From Minisyncoccota bacterium (lineage in GTDB: Bacteria; Patescibacteriota; Microgenomatia; UBA1400; PJMF01): DNA of 64,000 nucleotides. Location of the stretch: the NCBI GenBank assembly GCA_009991965.1, contig JAACWQ010000002.1, positions 17,617 to 81,616 of the forward strand. The letters run 5' to 3'. A model generated the notes under the pieces. The model was not told where the DNA came from, searched no databases, and saw only the letters and a program-made list of their open reading frames with translations. Made by a program: the position numbers and the translations under genes. This document shows positions 63,718 through 64,000 of the stretch, one piece after another; within the stretch, counting starts at the first letter, position 1, and every line of letters starts with the position of its first letter.

Positions 63718-64000
63718 TTAATCGGCTAGCGAAAACTGAATTTGTGGAAACGGCAAAGCTTCTTTGCCAACTTTTTGTGTGTTTCTAATTGCAAAGTTTA
63801 TAACCTTTTTTGTTGTAAGCTGCTCAACTAGTTGTGTTGGGTCCAGGTTGTTTGCTCCAGAAAAGTTTTGATCAAATTCTGCCTGTGTGAGAATAGGCTG
63901 AGCCCCCGCAGATATTGTTTGTGCTCTGGCAATCACAGTGTCCTTTGTTGAAACTTCTCTTGGCAGCATCCAGTAGAAGCTTACCTCCTCTGTCTGCGAA
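63718..64000 (-). CDS. hypothetical protein, C-terminal part only (gene continues beyond the window)
   Basis: The frame is open from the window edge (…SQTEEVSFYWMLPREV…) to the stop at 63718. No family recognised. Confidence 0.35.
   Translation of the reverse strand, partial: SQTEEVSFYWMLPREVSTKDTVIARAQTISAGAQPILTQAEFDQNFSGANNLDPTQLVEQLTTKKVINFAIRNTQKVGKEALPFPQIQFSLAD

Noticed and set aside
1-64000. CRISPR arrays, rRNA genes and mobile elements (IS, integrase, transposase)
   Set aside because: No regularly spaced direct repeats, no rRNA-like conserved blocks and no transposase or integrase-like translations were seen on either strand. The only repeats noted are short operator-like palindromes and the protein-level tandem paralogs or repeats described above.

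Overview
Dense 64-kb stretch, mostly housekeeping genes, from a small-genome bacterium. All gene calls come from reading the six-frame translations by eye; no database search was run. Gene content and architectures (mreB-mreC-mreD-mrdA block, tandem GT-C membrane glycosyltransferases, 2-oxoacid:ferredoxin oxidoreductase coupled to flavodoxin, many tiny toxin-antitoxin pairs, short RF1) look like Patescibacteria/CPR or a similar reduced lineage. The genetic code is standard: TGA is used as stop and there are many ATGA, GTGA and TAATG translationally coupled overlaps. About 90 CDS are called, plus tRNA-Ala(CGC) and tRNA-Leu(CAA). No rRNA, CRISPR array, integrase or transposase was recognised. 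Recognisable blocks, in order: korA-like/flavodoxin; def-fmt; an O-antigen-ligase/TPR membrane protein; mreB-mreC-mreD-mrdA with divergent murF; dprA-topA-nadD-nadE-thyA; a dTTP-synthesis and nucleotide-salvage neighbourhood (dCMP deaminase, surE, folA, dut, Maf-like, tmk); recR; hpf; cysS; ychF; rpsF-ssb-rpsR; ctpA-htrA; rpmE-prfA; hisS; greA; an argG fused to an MGS-like domain; dnaB; malic enzyme; lgt-lspA-rluD. Four intact type II TA pairs (Phd/RelE, VapBC, YefM/RelE, BrnTA), one orphan BrnA and one frameshifted AbiEii toxin are scattered through the window. The most interesting unexplained signal is a candidate ribosome-mediated attenuator upstream of hisS: a near-consensus promoter, a 25-codon leader ORF with four His among seven consecutive codons, alternative pairings, and an intrinsic terminator. 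Other leads are a small decayed Abi/TA islet next to a 330-aa HExxH protein of unknown function, the ArgG-MGS fusion, unusual variants in the dTTP neighbourhood, a shared TGTACA operator at both Phd/YefM loci, and a terminator-like hairpin inside the hpf 5' leader.
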